In this document: positions 8,852-18,622 of the stretch, piece by piece
How the letters are laid out: each line of letters starts with the position of its first letter
How positions within the stretch are numbered: the first letter of the stretch is position 1
Virus record (IMG/VR): IMGVR_UViG_3300034683_000117
Span: 13,065-77,064 of that record
Strand: one strand, 5' to 3'
Length of the DNA stretch: 64,000 bases
DNA from: a virus
The notes under the pieces: generated by a model
What the model saw: the letters and a program-made list of their open reading frames with translations, nothing else
Database searches by the model: none
Told to the model about the DNA's origin: nothing
Made by a program: the position numbers and the translations under genes

Positions 8852-10345
8852 TTATTCGGCGGTATCTTCTTTACCTTCGGATATATTTTCTTTAGCGGTA
8901 GCTTGGTATCTGGTTGCCCATCCTAACTCTTTAAATATGACTTTGCCCCTATCAACTTCATATATAATTTCCTTGTGGTCTTTACCACCACGATTTTTGT
9001 CAATAACACATAAATAGTAGTCTTTATGCATATCAAGATTAATTACTTGATTATTAAATGGATTGCCTGGCTGATAAATCCTGCATTGTATTTTTTGTTT
9101 ATCATCATAATCCAGTTGCCTTGACATTTTGAGAAAATCAAGGTTGTGCTTAATTTGTTTACCACTAGCAATACTTGATGAATTTAGTATCTTATTCATC
9201 AAGCTTTCATCAGTGAGCTGAAACGTGAGCCATAAACACATATTAAGGCCACCCTTTTTCTCACTTCCTACTATGCGCTTTAGTTCTTCTGACGCTGCTA
9301 CAAATTTTTCCCATGAATCCATACCTGCATTACCTTTGCGAAATGGTTTAAATGTGTCTATAATTGCAAAATTAATTCCGCGTAACTTGTGCTTTTTTAG
9401 TAATATTTTTAACGTTGTGTAATCATATACATCAGTTTCTATAAATTGTATCTTACTATTTTCTTCTATATACTTAGCGGCTTCTTGGCATATTTTATCT
9501 TCTGCCGCATTGCACTTACCCATTAATATTGTATCTTCATCTATTGTGATTCCTGTTTTAGGTGCAAACACGTTATTGACCACACAGGTTAGTAACATGC
9601 TGCGCCATTCTTCTTCATCTTGCTCGTTAACAATAACTAGGGCAGGCACATGGTTAACAATACTTGTAAACGTCAATATATATGCCGCCTCACGACTTTT
9701 ACCGTACCCTGAATGCATACCACTCGCATATACCTTACCTAACCTCAATCCTCTGGCCAATGTATTGACTATTGGAAATGGTAATGGATATCCAATATCA
9801 GGATTAGCCTTTAGGGATTCATAAAATTCTGTCATGCCATCCCCTATAGGAATACTGTCATGCACATTTTTAATCTGACTACCTACTTGTGCTAATTGCA
9901 TTTCATATGATTTTAGTATTTGATCAGGTGTCAAGGTAATTAACTTGTCAATATGTGGCAATACGTTAAATCCACGTTTATCAAGTTCCCGCAGCAGTGT
10001 ATAAGTTTTAAGTTGATTATACAGCGGTTGCAACGACTGTTGTACGTGTGCAACATCCATTAATCGCTTATACGTATCATAGCCGCCAAGCTTATTAAAC
10101 ATCTCTTGCTGTTCACGTGTTAGCTTGCTTACTTCAATATTAATTGCAGTAGCGTCAACCACGTCGTGATTAAGGAAAGCATTAGCTAATATTGTATATA
10201 AAAAACGTAAATTATTATCTGTAAAATCTTCCTCAGGGTTAATCAATTCTATATATTCTGTTAGTAACTGTGGTTCACGTGAAATAATACCGAGTACCAG
10301 TGATTCAGTCGCAATATCTTGGATAATAGCTACCACATCCTTCAA
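8852..10345 (-). CDS. Replicative DnaB-like helicase, SPbeta YorI-like
   Basis: Walker A SGYGKS, NEQ, IIDTFK, FQL, DKNRGG. Confidence 0.85.
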   Translation of the reverse strand: MKDVVAIIQDIATESLVLGIISREPQLLTEYIELINPEEDFTDNNLRFLYTILANAFLNHDVVDATAINIEVSKLTREQQEMFNKLGGYDTYKRLMDVAHVQQSLQPLYNQLKTYTLLRELDKRGFNVLPHIDKLITLTPDQILKSYEMQLAQVGSQIKNVHDSIPIGDGMTEFYESLKANPDIGYPLPFPIVNTLARGLRLGKVYASGMHSGYGKSREAAYILTFTSIVNHVPALVIVNEQDEEEWRSMLLTCVVNNVFAPKTGITIDEDTILMGKCNAAEDKICQEAAKYIEENSKIQFIETDVYDYTTLKILLKKHKLRGINFAIIDTFKPFRKGNAGMDSWEKFVAASEELKRIVGSEKKGGLNMCLWLTFQLTDESLMNKILNSSSIASGKQIKHNLDFLKMSRQLDYDDKQKIQCRIYQPGNPFNNQVINLDMHKDYYLCVIDKNRGGKDHKEIIYEVDRGKVIFKELGWATRYQATAKENISEGKEDTAE

Positions 10346-10914
10346 TCAAACATATGTTCATAATCTATATTATCTTGTACATTTTGAACATAATTTGTAT
10401 TATCGACAAATTCTATATTAGTATCTGGTGTCTGTACCGATTGTTTCAATTTATCTTGCTCGTATTGTTTGCTAAAACTATCTATATTTCCCTGTATAGC
10501 TTTCATAATATATCTGCATTTTGCAACGTCATTCTTAAATTGTATTTGCGACATACGCTTAGATAAATACGGTTCTAAACTTTTTAAGCAGGCCAATATG
10601 GTATCATAGCTATACCCTGCATATCGACGAGTTTTGTTAGCATACGTATTACCATTGCGCAGGTCGCTCATACTTGTATACATTTCATGAGGAATCATTT
10701 TGTAAAAATACTTATCTTGGATATATTGATATAAAGCGTCTTTTTCTTTATGTTCTTGTGATACAAATTCATAGCACCGTTTATGATAGGGCGCGCATAT
10801 TGGCTGCCCGTCAGGGCGAAGATAAATTACACCCTGACGATTACGTTTTGGAACTTGCACTAGATCATTTGGCGCAATCTCGCTATGGCAATACACACAT
10901 TTAGACATCAGCAT
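10342..10914 (-). CDS. Hypothetical replication-module protein (YorH-like position)
   Basis: CxxC..HxxC N-terminus, overlaps helicase start. Confidence 0.55.
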   Translation of the reverse strand: MLMSKCVYCHSEIAPNDLVQVPKRNRQGVIYLRPDGQPICAPYHKRCYEFVSQEHKEKDALYQYIQDKYFYKMIPHEMYTSMSDLRNGNTYANKTRRYAGYSYDTILACLKSLEPYLSKRMSQIQFKNDVAKCRYIMKAIQGNIDSFSKQYEQDKLKQSVQTPDTNIEFVDNTNYVQNVQDNIDYEHMFD

Positions 10915-11170
10915 CGCCTGTTATATCTTGTTCTGCGCTGTCTGGCAATACCCCAAGTTCAACATCAACTTCTTTGTCTTTATTCACTTGTATTTTCCGT
11001 TTTGGCTTATTAACTGGTTCAACCACATCAGTACTGACCCATTGCGGCCACTTTACTTTATATCCTTTATCATCGACTACATTGACTTCTATAAGAATTG
11101 CATTATCAGATACCTGTATTACTGTATACACCTGATCGCCAAACTTAACCTTATCGCCTACTTCAAACAT
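10901..11170 (-). CDS. Hypothetical protein (SH3/KOW-like N-terminus)
   Basis: FEVGDKVK start; first gene after repeated promoter. Confidence 0.55.
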   Translation of the reverse strand: MFEVGDKVKFGDQVYTVIQVSDNAILIEVNVVDDKGYKVKWPQWVSTDVVEPVNKPKRKIQVNKDKEVDVELGVLPDSAEQDITGDADV

Positions 11171-11202
11171 ATTCTATCCCCTTTCTATACCCTTATATTA
11201 TA

Positions 11203-11231
11203 ATTATATCATATGATGGTTGGATTGTCAA
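11203..11231 (-). promoter_or_regulatory. sigmaA promoter, copy 2 of repeated unit
   Basis: TTGACA-ATCCAACCATCATATGA-TATAAT. Confidence 0.85.
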
Positions 11232-11325
11232 GCATTATTTTAATTTTATACACACCTATTTATAGGTTTTATACAAAAAATATTCTGTTATGCCAAGCAA
11301 CAATAACAATACTGGAATTGACAAC

Positions 11326-11494
11326 TTGAACCTCCCATTACTAAAGTAATAGGATTCCTGTTTCATCGATTTCGTAACCTCCATCTCCACAGGCTTAAAA
11401 TCCGACAGTTCCTGCCGTACTTGTTTTGTTACTGTTATTCATGATACAGCTCTTTACTCATGACTGAAGTCACGAACGTACAAAGCTTTTTAAC
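11326..11494 (-). mobile_element. Non-autonomous IS200/IS605 element retaining a TnpB-type omegaRNA scaffold, no tnpB
   Basis: TTGAT at left flank; left-end hairpin TCGTGACTTCAGTCATGA; scaffold ACGGCAGGAACTGTCGG..AAGCCTGTGGAG..TCGATGAAACAGGAA; right-end hairpin ending GGTTCAA. Confidence 0.75.
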
Positions 11495-11495
11495 A

Positions 11496-11801
11496 TCAAT
11501 TGGAATGTATAAGATATACAAAATGGCCGAATAGTCCAAGTGCGGTTATATAACCGTTTGGGAAATCTGTCCTGTACAAGCTGAATACCAGATAGTTGGA
11601 AAACTCTGTTGATGTATGCAGATATTCGCTTATTATATCGCTGGACATTCCATTAGTGAATAAATGCAGTGGAGAGTCCCCATTGATTTCTTTTGCCATT
11701 TCCCGCTCGGCAAAATCCTGCATCCAAGTAATATAACCGTGCCATGACGGGTTTGAAATCATTGCCATAGCTATGATGACTATAATACAGATTATTGCCA
11801 T
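11496..11801 (-). CDS. DUF4359-like membrane-anchored protein
   Basis: TM helix-SNPS..NYLVFSLY.T..ALGLFGHF. Confidence 0.55.
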   Translation of the reverse strand: MAIICIIVIIAMAMISNPSWHGYITWMQDFAEREMAKEINGDSPLHLFTNGMSSDIISEYLHTSTEFSNYLVFSLYRTDFPNGYITALGLFGHFVYLIHSN

Positions 11802-11904
11802 AATGATACTACTGATTTTATCTATACATAAACCCTCCTATCTGGCCTGCTGGTTGGGCAGTGCATTTTGTATCACATATGATTTATACCCCTTTGTTAG
11901 ATAA

Positions 11905-12004
11905 TATTTGCAGGTGCTATGATGCGGATAACGTAGGCATTATGCCTTGGTCTAGTCAATTAAGGCTTTTTACAAGCCTACGACTTTAGTCGTGGGTAGT
12001 TCAT
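11905..12004 (-). ncRNA. 5' part of an IscB-type omegaRNA (HEARO-like), truncated, no iscB
   Basis: TGAACTACCCACGACTAAAGTCGTAGGCTTG..AAGCC..TTGACTAGACCAAGGCATAATGCCTACGTTA..CACC. Confidence 0.65.
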
Positions 12005-12102
12005 TCCCCTCAATACAAACATCTTTAGTATGCATATTAACATACAAAACAGCTAATCGATACTTAATATTATTGCTGATTTGACGTATTATATTAACTA
12101 TA

Positions 12103-12324
12103 TTACTTTTCAATATTGTACGTGCTCCTTTTCCACGAAATAATGCCATGGATATTCAGTATAGAATAACATATAAATAACACCACTTGTGCCATATTAG
12201 GCGTTTTGAACGCTATAATAACCCACAGGATATTGCTGAGTATCCAAACATAGAAGCCTTCAACCCGCTTTTTGTTAACTAGCAGATTACCAGTCAAACT
12301 TAAAACAGTTGCGATCCAAGACAT
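12103..12324 (-). CDS. Short PnuC-like membrane protein
   Basis: WIAT.LSL.G..L..KK..EGF..WI.SN..W..GI.SWK pattern. Confidence 0.65.
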   Translation of the reverse strand: MSWIATVLSLTGNLLVNKKRVEGFYVWILSNILWVIIAFKTPNMAQVVLFICYSILNIHGIISWKRSTYNIEK

Positions 12325-12370
12325 ACGAATTCCTTTCTATATGCTATGAAATGCCGTCGGGAATATACCC

Positions 12371-12961
12371 CTATTCAAAACATATGATGTTATTAATATC
12401 GCCGACTACATCTTCTATAGTTCTATCTGCATTAATTACATAATCGCACTTAATACAATTGAATTTCTCCGCATCATGAGCATATCTTTGATATACCTTG
12501 TTTATATCGTCTTGCGTTATAGCATTGGCTCGTTTAAGCATTCGTTCCATACGCACACTGGCTGATGCATATAATGCAATAGTGATGATTCTTGCGTCAA
12601 ATACAGTGTATTGCAGTTGACTCGCTCCATACGGGTCTATTACGTAAATAGATATATCATGTCCGCGATATTGTTCTTTTGTAGCCCAATAATAATGCCC
12701 ATCGAACAAGGTCTCCGCCATGATAATGCCATGTTGCTTATGCTGCTGATACATAGACTCGTCTGTAAATATATGTCCCCACTCATCATCGCCACGTGGT
12801 GGCCGTGTGGTATATGATTGGATAACATTGTACCCTTGCTGAGCCAACTCTTTTGCAACAGTTGTTTTGCCTGTACCACTAGCGCCTATTAAACATACAA
12901 GCTGGGGCAAATTATTTTGAGAAAATAACGTACCAAATTCAGCATCTTCTAATGTTTGCAT
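12371..12961 (-). CDS. Guanylate kinase-like protein
   Basis: GASGTGKT, SYTTRPPR..E, H.F, YVIDP.G. Confidence 0.85.
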   Translation of the reverse strand: MQTLEDAEFGTLFSQNNLPQLVCLIGASGTGKTTVAKELAQQGYNVIQSYTTRPPRGDDEWGHIFTDESMYQQHKQHGIIMAETLFDGHYYWATKEQYRGHDISIYVIDPYGASQLQYTVFDARIITIALYASASVRMERMLKRANAITQDDINKVYQRYAHDAEKFNCIKCDYVINADRTIEDVVGDINNIICFE

Positions 12962-13023
12962 AATCTACTCCTTTGCGAGCTATTTTGAATTTATATAAAT
13001 AAATACTTCATAATAATCTTTAC

Positions 13024-13137
13024 CCGTGAGGAAACCGCTACTTTAGTGGTGATATGAGCGGGTTTCCTCCTTTCTTATAAGATTATTCTAACAATAAGAC
13101 TTTTACAAGCCTACATCTTCAGAGGTGGGTAGTTAAC
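13024..13137 (-). mobile_element. 114-bp internally deleted IscB-type IS200/IS605 miniature element
   Basis: Starts GTTAACTACCCACCTCTGAAGATGTAGGCTTGTAAAAG, ends CACCACTAAAGTAGCGGTTTCCTCACGG; removal restores ORF MDKYYCKDYYEVFIYINSK after an RBS. Confidence 0.7.
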
Positions 13138-13163
13138 AATAATATTTGTCCATCCCCCTTCTA

Positions 13164-13319
13164 TTAAGGTTGACGCAATTCTTTTTGCAAAGCTTCTATG
13201 GTCTCAATCAGATCGAGGCCGTCTGTTGATAATTTGCTAACCAACGACGATATATTACCTTTTTTACAACGCGTGAAATATTCCTTCATATCTATTATTT
13301 GTTCATCGCTCAACCTCAT
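13164..13319 (-). CDS. Hypothetical 51-aa protein (not in track)
   Basis: MRLSDEQIIDMKEYF..ELRQP, co-oriented, AAAGG upstream. Confidence 0.5.
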   Translation of the reverse strand: MRLSDEQIIDMKEYFTRCKKGNISSLVSKLSTDGLDLIETIEALQKELRQP

Positions 13320-13335
13320 AAAAATATTGACCTTT

Positions 13336-13641
13336 CTATCTCTTAATCATTGCGCGCACAGATCGCATAGCTGCATACACACTATGAGATTCTCTATCAA
13401 TCGTATAATCGCGACTAAATGTAGTCGACCAAGGTTTTACCTGCATGTTTGTAGACATACTATATATAGCATCGTTCAAATCGCCAACAGCATCATGAAT
13501 TTGTGTTGCTTTATCTGTTTTACCTTCCGCAAATAACCTTGACGCTATATTATCCGCTATATAAGCAAACTGTTCTGCTTCGGCAATGACGTTATTGCCA
13601 AGAGTCGTTGAATTAATATCATAATTTGATCCACATAACAT
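13336..13641 (-). CDS. Hypothetical protein
   Basis: Co-oriented ORF with AAGGA RBS. Confidence 0.55.
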   Translation of the reverse strand: MLCGSNYDINSTTLGNNVIAEAEQFAYIADNIASRLFAEGKTDKATQIHDAVGDLNDAIYSMSTNMQVKPWSTTFSRDYTIDRESHSVYAAMRSVRAMIKR

Positions 13642-13680
13642 AATTATATGTCCTTCTTTCTATTACTGTATGAAGCAATT

Positions 13681-13887
13681 CTATGCAATTTGATACGCTT
13701 TGCCATAAATACCGTATACATCATCTACAAGAACCAGATCACCAGTAGCTATCCAAGTATCATTGCCATCATCATCTGCAACAATAGATCCATCTTCTTC
13801 ATATAACTGGAAGATGTCACCCTTTTTCAGATCAACAAATGACATTTTTACCCATTGTCCATTATATAAAACCTTCGCTGTACGCAT
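13681..13887 (-). CDS. Hypothetical protein
   Basis: GGAGG RBS; F.DLKKGDIF.L.E.DG motif. Confidence 0.6.
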   Translation of the reverse strand: MRTAKVLYNGQWVKMSFVDLKKGDIFQLYEEDGSIVADDDGNDTWIATGDLVLVDDVYGIYGKAYQIA

Positions 13888-13897
13888 TTTGTACCTC

Positions 13898-14296
13898 CTA
13901 TATATTCAATGTGTTTTGCATATATTCCAACAAAAGCTTACCGATTGGATGTTTTTCCAATTTCTTTTGAAAATCTAACATTGTTATTCCAGTTATTTCG
14001 TCGTTTTCTAAATCTCTTAATACAACAATGCCTGGTGTATCTTCTTCACCATACGATGGACGCGGTTGTCCAAAACTGATATATATGGTGTCGGTCTCTT
14101 TATCGTAATTAATACTAATTTGTTCAACTACATCATGGTGTATATCTAGCGATATATCAACCTGTTTGTTGCTATCATCATTTAACTTATTACTATTATT
14201 CATAGCAAAGTCTGTCTCCGACAAATTCAAACAATCTCCAACTATATCTCCGTTGTTACATGGTTTCAAAATAATGTTTATATCTTTATATTCCAT
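13898..14296 (-). CDS. Protein with C-terminal DUF2283 domain
   Basis: INYDKETDTIYISF..EEDTPGIVVLRD..EITGITMLDF. Confidence 0.7.
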   Translation of the reverse strand: MEYKDINIILKPCNNGDIVGDCLNLSETDFAMNNSNKLNDDSNKQVDISLDIHHDVVEQISINYDKETDTIYISFGQPRPSYGEEDTPGIVVLRDLENDEITGITMLDFQKKLEKHPIGKLLLEYMQNTLNI

Positions 14297-14297
14297 G

Positions 14298-14654
14298 TTA
14301 ATCCCACCATTCAGTTAAATTTTGTTTAATTGTGTCACACAATTTGTCAATATTCTCCTGTTCTCCTTCGCCCAAGTAAATAGCGTCTATATAAGCAATG
14401 CATTGGCGGATCTCTGTCGCATACTTATCACTATCAGCAGCATGACCGTATTTTTCAAAATAGTTGGCCATGTTCTTTAGCTTATGCTTCAAAAGAGCCA
14501 GGAAATACCAATAATCTATATCAGAGTCGTACCATATAACTGGTAACCAATTAAATAAATTGCGTACTCCATTGATAAGCAAGTGCCATGCATCAGAAAT
14601 ATGATATAATAAATGTTTCATAATACAATGAACTCCAAACCGTGCGCATTGCAA
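14298..14654 (-). CDS. Hypothetical phage protein
   Basis: WLPVIW.D.D.DY..LKHKL..WWD. Confidence 0.6.
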   Translation of the reverse strand: MQCARFGVHCIMKHLLYHISDAWHLLINGVRNLFNWLPVIWYDSDIDYWYFLALLKHKLKNMANYFEKYGHAADSDKYATEIRQCIAYIDAIYLGEGEQENIDKLCDTIKQNLTEWWD

Positions 14655-14938
14655 AATTCTTTGACTATGTTTAAATTATTAATATTAACAATAGCTACAA
14701 CCATTGGATCTCGCATTATTATTTTATCAACTTGGTTATCTGTCTTGTCCTGTTTAACAAGCGTTGACTCAATAAGCTCTGCAGCGTTATAACATGTATC
14801 GCCACAACCAGGCCAATCCGTAGGCTGTCTATAGAGTGCATCGCCCAATTCTCGCAAATCTATGATAATCTGATTCATATTGTTATCCATTGTTTCCCTT
14901 TCCTTATTCCTGTGGCATATAGAATACATAGCCGTCAA
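14618..14938 (-). CDS. Hypothetical protein
   Basis: Co-oriented ORF; likely start MDNNM. Confidence 0.5.
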   Translation of the reverse strand: MTAMYSICHRNKERETMDNNMNQIIIDLRELGDALYRQPTDWPGCGDTCYNAAELIESTLVKQDKTDNQVDKIIMRDPMVVAIVNINNLNIVKEFCNAHGLEFIVL

Positions 14939-15125
14939 ACTTGGCTATTTCATCCAGCACTTCTATTGCACGCGCCATGGATTCATATGCTCCTAATAAG
15001 ATAAATGTTTCGTTATCACTAGCTAAAGAATATGCAACAATCTGATACGACGTATTAGGAGTAATTTCAAGACATATCCCAGCCGTATCCAATAACCATT
15101 TATTATTTTGACTTTTTATCAGCAT
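14904..15125 (-). CDS. Hypothetical phage protein
   Basis: IKSQN..LGAYES..RA.EVLDEI..FYMPQE; GGAGG RBS. Confidence 0.65.
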   Translation of the reverse strand: MLIKSQNNKWLLDTAGICLEITPNTSYQIVAYSLASDNETFILLGAYESMARAIEVLDEIAKFDGYVFYMPQE

Positions 15126-15380
15126 GATAAATTCCTCCTATAAAATTAGTGACTACTCCACACCACCAGTTATAAAGCTTTCTGCTCAGTCGTCAGATGG
15201 TTCTGTATCTGTAGTTATCTGTTCATTACCATCCCGCATCCGTCTATTCAACGCTAACTGTAATGTATCTCGCAAATATTGTTCTGTGACAGTGCTGAAT
15301 AGTTAGATCATCGCCTTCTCTTAAAATAACAATAACTTGCTTATCATCCATAATTTATACCCTTTCTTTGATAATTTCTA

Positions 15381-15454
15381 TGGAGCACCTGTGGAGACTT
15401 GAACTCCAATTAATGGATTACAAATCCAACGTTCTACCGTTAAACTACAGGTGC
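15381..15454 (-). tRNA. tRNA-Thr (UGU), CCA encoded
   Basis: Acceptor GCACCTG/CAGGTGC, D arm GTTT..GAAC, anticodon loop TTTGTAA, T arm TGGAG-TTCAAGT-CTCCA. Confidence 0.88.
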
Positions 15455-15523
15455 ATAGCGGAGATATAATCTCCGCATATATAAAACGCTCTAGATCAGG
15501 AGACGATGCCTTTAAAGAACGTT

Positions 15524-15910
15524 TTAAACATATGGTATTTCTGTGGTCTTGTCATATGTCGGTCGATATTCCATACGATATTTAGTTGTACGAATCTTCC
15601 CAGTATAACTTCTTAATATTTCCATACAATCTGGACATATTACTTCAATGTTGTTAAAAAAGATAAATCTTCTTTTAGGATATATACGCCTACGTACTAT
15701 TGCATTCGAAAGCCTTTTGACCTCTTCCGCTTTTTCATAGCGTATACGTCTAAACAACTTATGTTTACCATGATAAAATAACCAATCTTCTTGTTTTAAC
15801 TCTTTACGGTTAAAATCAGTTGCTTCATATAAATATATTGTTCCTTTACATCTATCGCACTGTATTTCAACACATTCTACAGGTATATGTTTTATTACAG
15901 TCTGTTCCAT
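15524..15910 (-). CDS. Hypothetical Zn-binding protein
   Basis: CDRC..CPDC; GAGG RBS. Confidence 0.55.
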   Translation of the reverse strand: MEQTVIKHIPVECVEIQCDRCKGTIYLYEATDFNRKELKQEDWLFYHGKHKLFRRIRYEKAEEVKRLSNAIVRRRIYPKRRFIFFNNIEVICPDCMEILRSYTGKIRTTKYRMEYRPTYDKTTEIPYV

Positions 15911-15918
15911 TTTGCCTC

Positions 15919-16482
15919 CTATTTTATGATCTTAACTTTCAAATTTCTTCTTCCAAAATTTAATGCTTCTTGTTTTGTAGCCATAAATATATCTATATCA
16001 TTGCCCGTTATTGCCCCGCCACGATCTTCAACCACAAACACGCAATCGAAGCCTTCTATCTTAACTTTTGTACCGAATGGGTATTTTTTACTCATGGCAA
16101 TTGTATGATACGGACGGGCTTTTACTCCACTTGCTGTTATACCTTTGCCATTCATGCCTTCATCATACGCGGTATAAGCCGTAACCTCGGCAATAAAATC
16201 GTACCGCGTCTCTTCTCTGCTTGGTTGAGCAGGTTGCTTCTTCGGTTTGGGTTGATTCTGCACAGGCTGTATTGGCTGAACTGGTGTTGCTTGCACCGCA
16301 GGCTCCTCTTTTACATTAATATCTGGCATTTCGTTTTGTATGCGGCTGACAAATTCCTGCCGTGTTTCTATTTTAGGCAATTGAATTGGTATTGTATGCT
16401 GCGTTTTTTCCATCATCAGTAATAATATAAATAATCCTAAAACAAGTAAACAATATGATACAAGTTTTCTAATCGTGCTCAT
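15919..16482 (-). CDS. Membrane-anchored 3D-domain (peptidoglycan lytic) protein
   Basis: TAY..GITASG..IA..PFGTKV.I..EDRGGAI.GN.IDIF. Confidence 0.88.
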   Translation of the reverse strand: MSTIRKLVSYCLLVLGLFILLLMMEKTQHTIPIQLPKIETRQEFVSRIQNEMPDINVKEEPAVQATPVQPIQPVQNQPKPKKQPAQPSREETRYDFIAEVTAYTAYDEGMNGKGITASGVKARPYHTIAMSKKYPFGTKVKIEGFDCVFVVEDRGGAITGNDIDIFMATKQEALNFGRRNLKVKIIK

Positions 16483-16561
16483 TACGCCCCGCAGCAGCAC
16501 ACAACGCAGCAACAGTAAACCCAAAGAGAAATCCTATTCCTATACCTAATATAAACAACAT
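16469..16561 (-). CDS. 30-aa hydrophobic peptide (DUF3789-like; not in track)
   Basis: MLFILGIGIGFLFGFTVAALCAAAGRNEHD with AAAGGA RBS. Confidence 0.55.
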   Translation of the reverse strand: MLFILGIGIGFLFGFTVAALCAAAGRNEHD

Positions 16562-16625
16562 ATTATATATCCTTTCAATTATCATAATCTAAATTATGAT
16601 TCTGTAGTATAGGGTTTGCCCTATA

Positions 16626-17561
16626 CTACAATTGGCTTATTTCTGACAATACATTATTTGCAATTCCAGCATCAGTTAACATATTGGGATTTTGCACATT
16701 GTATTTAGTTAATATATCCATCACTTGTTTTGCTTTGCCATTAGACGCTTTCTCATTGGCAACAGCTTTAATTTCTGTAATCAAATTTTCTAGCTCCACA
16801 TCGTCAAACTGTGTCGTATCTTGTTCAACACCCTTGTTTAAATCAATGTCTCCCACTGGCGCATTGGCTGATTCTTCAAATATTGCCTTCCAGTTATCGA
16901 ATGATGGATTGTCTATCTCGTCACCAATATTGTATAAACGGGTACGGTCTTTCTCTACAACAGCATATCTACGATTCTGTTCTTTATCGTATACAAGTTT
17001 TATTACTATATCAAAATCAAAATCTAGCCCTTTCACACCGTCGTATTTTTCCCCAACTTTAACCCACTCGTCTCCAACATGTGTTTTTTCTTCTGATAAA
17101 TGAGCAGTAACTACTACATTTTTGCCTTTTGCGGCAAGATTAATTAATTTAGCATTAATACGTTTATGCACTAATTTAATCTTACCCCACTCACGCTGCG
17201 ATAAGCCTTCGCTAAATGGATTACGCCCATTTTCTCTGGCTCTACGCTCCACAACCACTAACCCTGAATGTTGCAGGTTTTCATACATTTTGGTTTCACT
17301 GTCTAGTACAACTGTATCTATATCATTAAAATATTGCCTAGACAATTCATCAATTGCATCTTCAATCTCTTTAGCCGATGTCGTAACTAAACGCAACGCC
17401 ATATTAGGATTGTCAACATAGTGAACTGTCCCATCTTCTGTATCAATTACAGCGCATCTTGGAAATGTTAAAGCAAACCAGCTCTTGCCAACACCCGAAT
17501 TGCCATAGACTAATATCTTGACACCTCTTTTTTCCTTTTGCGGTTTTTGAAATAATCCCAT
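16626..17561 (-). CDS. AAA_24 / Sak4-like ATPase (YorG-like)
   Basis: YGNSGVGKS, IDTEDG, VLDS, VTAH, EKDRT. Confidence 0.85.
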   Translation of the reverse strand: MGLFQKPQKEKRGVKILVYGNSGVGKSWFALTFPRCAVIDTEDGTVHYVDNPNMALRLVTTSAKEIEDAIDELSRQYFNDIDTVVLDSETKMYENLQHSGLVVVERRARENGRNPFSEGLSQREWGKIKLVHKRINAKLINLAAKGKNVVVTAHLSEEKTHVGDEWVKVGEKYDGVKGLDFDFDIVIKLVYDKEQNRRYAVVEKDRTRLYNIGDEIDNPSFDNWKAIFEESANAPVGDIDLNKGVEQDTTQFDDVELENLITEIKAVANEKASNGKAKQVMDILTKYNVQNPNMLTDAGIANNVLSEISQL

Positions 17562-17583
17562 TAATCATATCCTCCTTGTTTTC

Positions 17584-18492
17584 TTAAAATGGTAACGTAT
17601 TTTCATCACTAAATAACCAGTCAGAGTTATTATCTTGCGATTCTTTAACACCAAACAAATCATCAAGTGTATATTTATTATGTTCTAGTGTGTCTGGATT
17701 AGCGCCTGTTACCTCCATCGCTCGATAGATACGTGTAGCCACCTTCTCTTTTGTGCCCCATCCATCATCGACTTGTATATTTTCAACAATTTGTTCATTG
17801 CGAATGATACCATTGACCCTAATTTTGTCACCAGATTGTAACTCCAGCATGTTACGAGCAAATGCTTGATCCTTTGTTGCTTCGATGACCATAGTAGTAG
17901 CCACTGTACTCTTATATGGGTCCGTAATATAAGCATGAATATATAGCTTATCACCATCAATTTCCATAGTATCAACTATAATATCTTGCGAAAAGCTATT
18001 ATTTTCCTTAAAATTTGGACTATTAAAATCTATATCGTTAGTTGCCTTATACATTTGTCTAATAATATAACGTGTTTGCGGAACAGTATCTCCATTTTTA
18101 TTGACATATTGGCTAAATTGAGGTTCCCCAATTACTACAACACTATCACCATCATGAAACGACTCATGAATTATTTTGACTAAGTCATATTCAGGAATAA
18201 TCAGACTATAACCTTCATCTGGTTTGTTATGGCGTATTCCCCATGCTACTTTTTTCGATACCTTTGTTTGGCGATTATATAAGACAGCAGTATCCCTTTC
18301 AGACCCAAATAATTCTACTGGTATAATATTGGTTGGTGATGTCTGTACTAAAAATCTTATGCTACGATATTTCCGCACTTTGCCATTCTTGTCTGTAAAT
18401 TCACCTTCTTTATATCCGTTGTTGTTACTTGGATTGTCTTTGCCTCTAATGATACCAGCCACTCTAAAAGAACCTTTACATTTTTCCAACAT
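17584..18492 (-). CDS. Putative ssDNA-binding protein (YorF-like)
   Basis: OB-like content, acidic tail ending LPF, upstream of AAA_24. Confidence 0.7.
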   Translation of the reverse strand: MLEKCKGSFRVAGIIRGKDNPSNNNGYKEGEFTDKNGKVRKYRSIRFLVQTSPTNIIPVELFGSERDTAVLYNRQTKVSKKVAWGIRHNKPDEGYSLIIPEYDLVKIIHESFHDGDSVVVIGEPQFSQYVNKNGDTVPQTRYIIRQMYKATNDIDFNSPNFKENNSFSQDIIVDTMEIDGDKLYIHAYITDPYKSTVATTMVIEATKDQAFARNMLELQSGDKIRVNGIIRNEQIVENIQVDDGWGTKEKVATRIYRAMEVTGANPDTLEHNKYTLDDLFGVKESQDNNSDWLFSDENTLPF

Positions 18493-18540
18493 TAGTTAAA
18501 CACTCCTTAAGTTAAAATTTTATCTATCCCCTATATTATA

Positions 18541-18569
18541 ATTATATCATATGATGGTTTGATTGTCAA
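18541..18569 (-). promoter_or_regulatory. sigmaA promoter, copy 3 of repeated unit
   Basis: TTGACA-ATCAAACCATCATATGA-TATAAT. Confidence 0.85.
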
Positions 18570-18622
18570 GCATTATTTTTAGAACATAAAATATTTTTGC
18601 AAAGTAGCCGTTGCAACACGGC

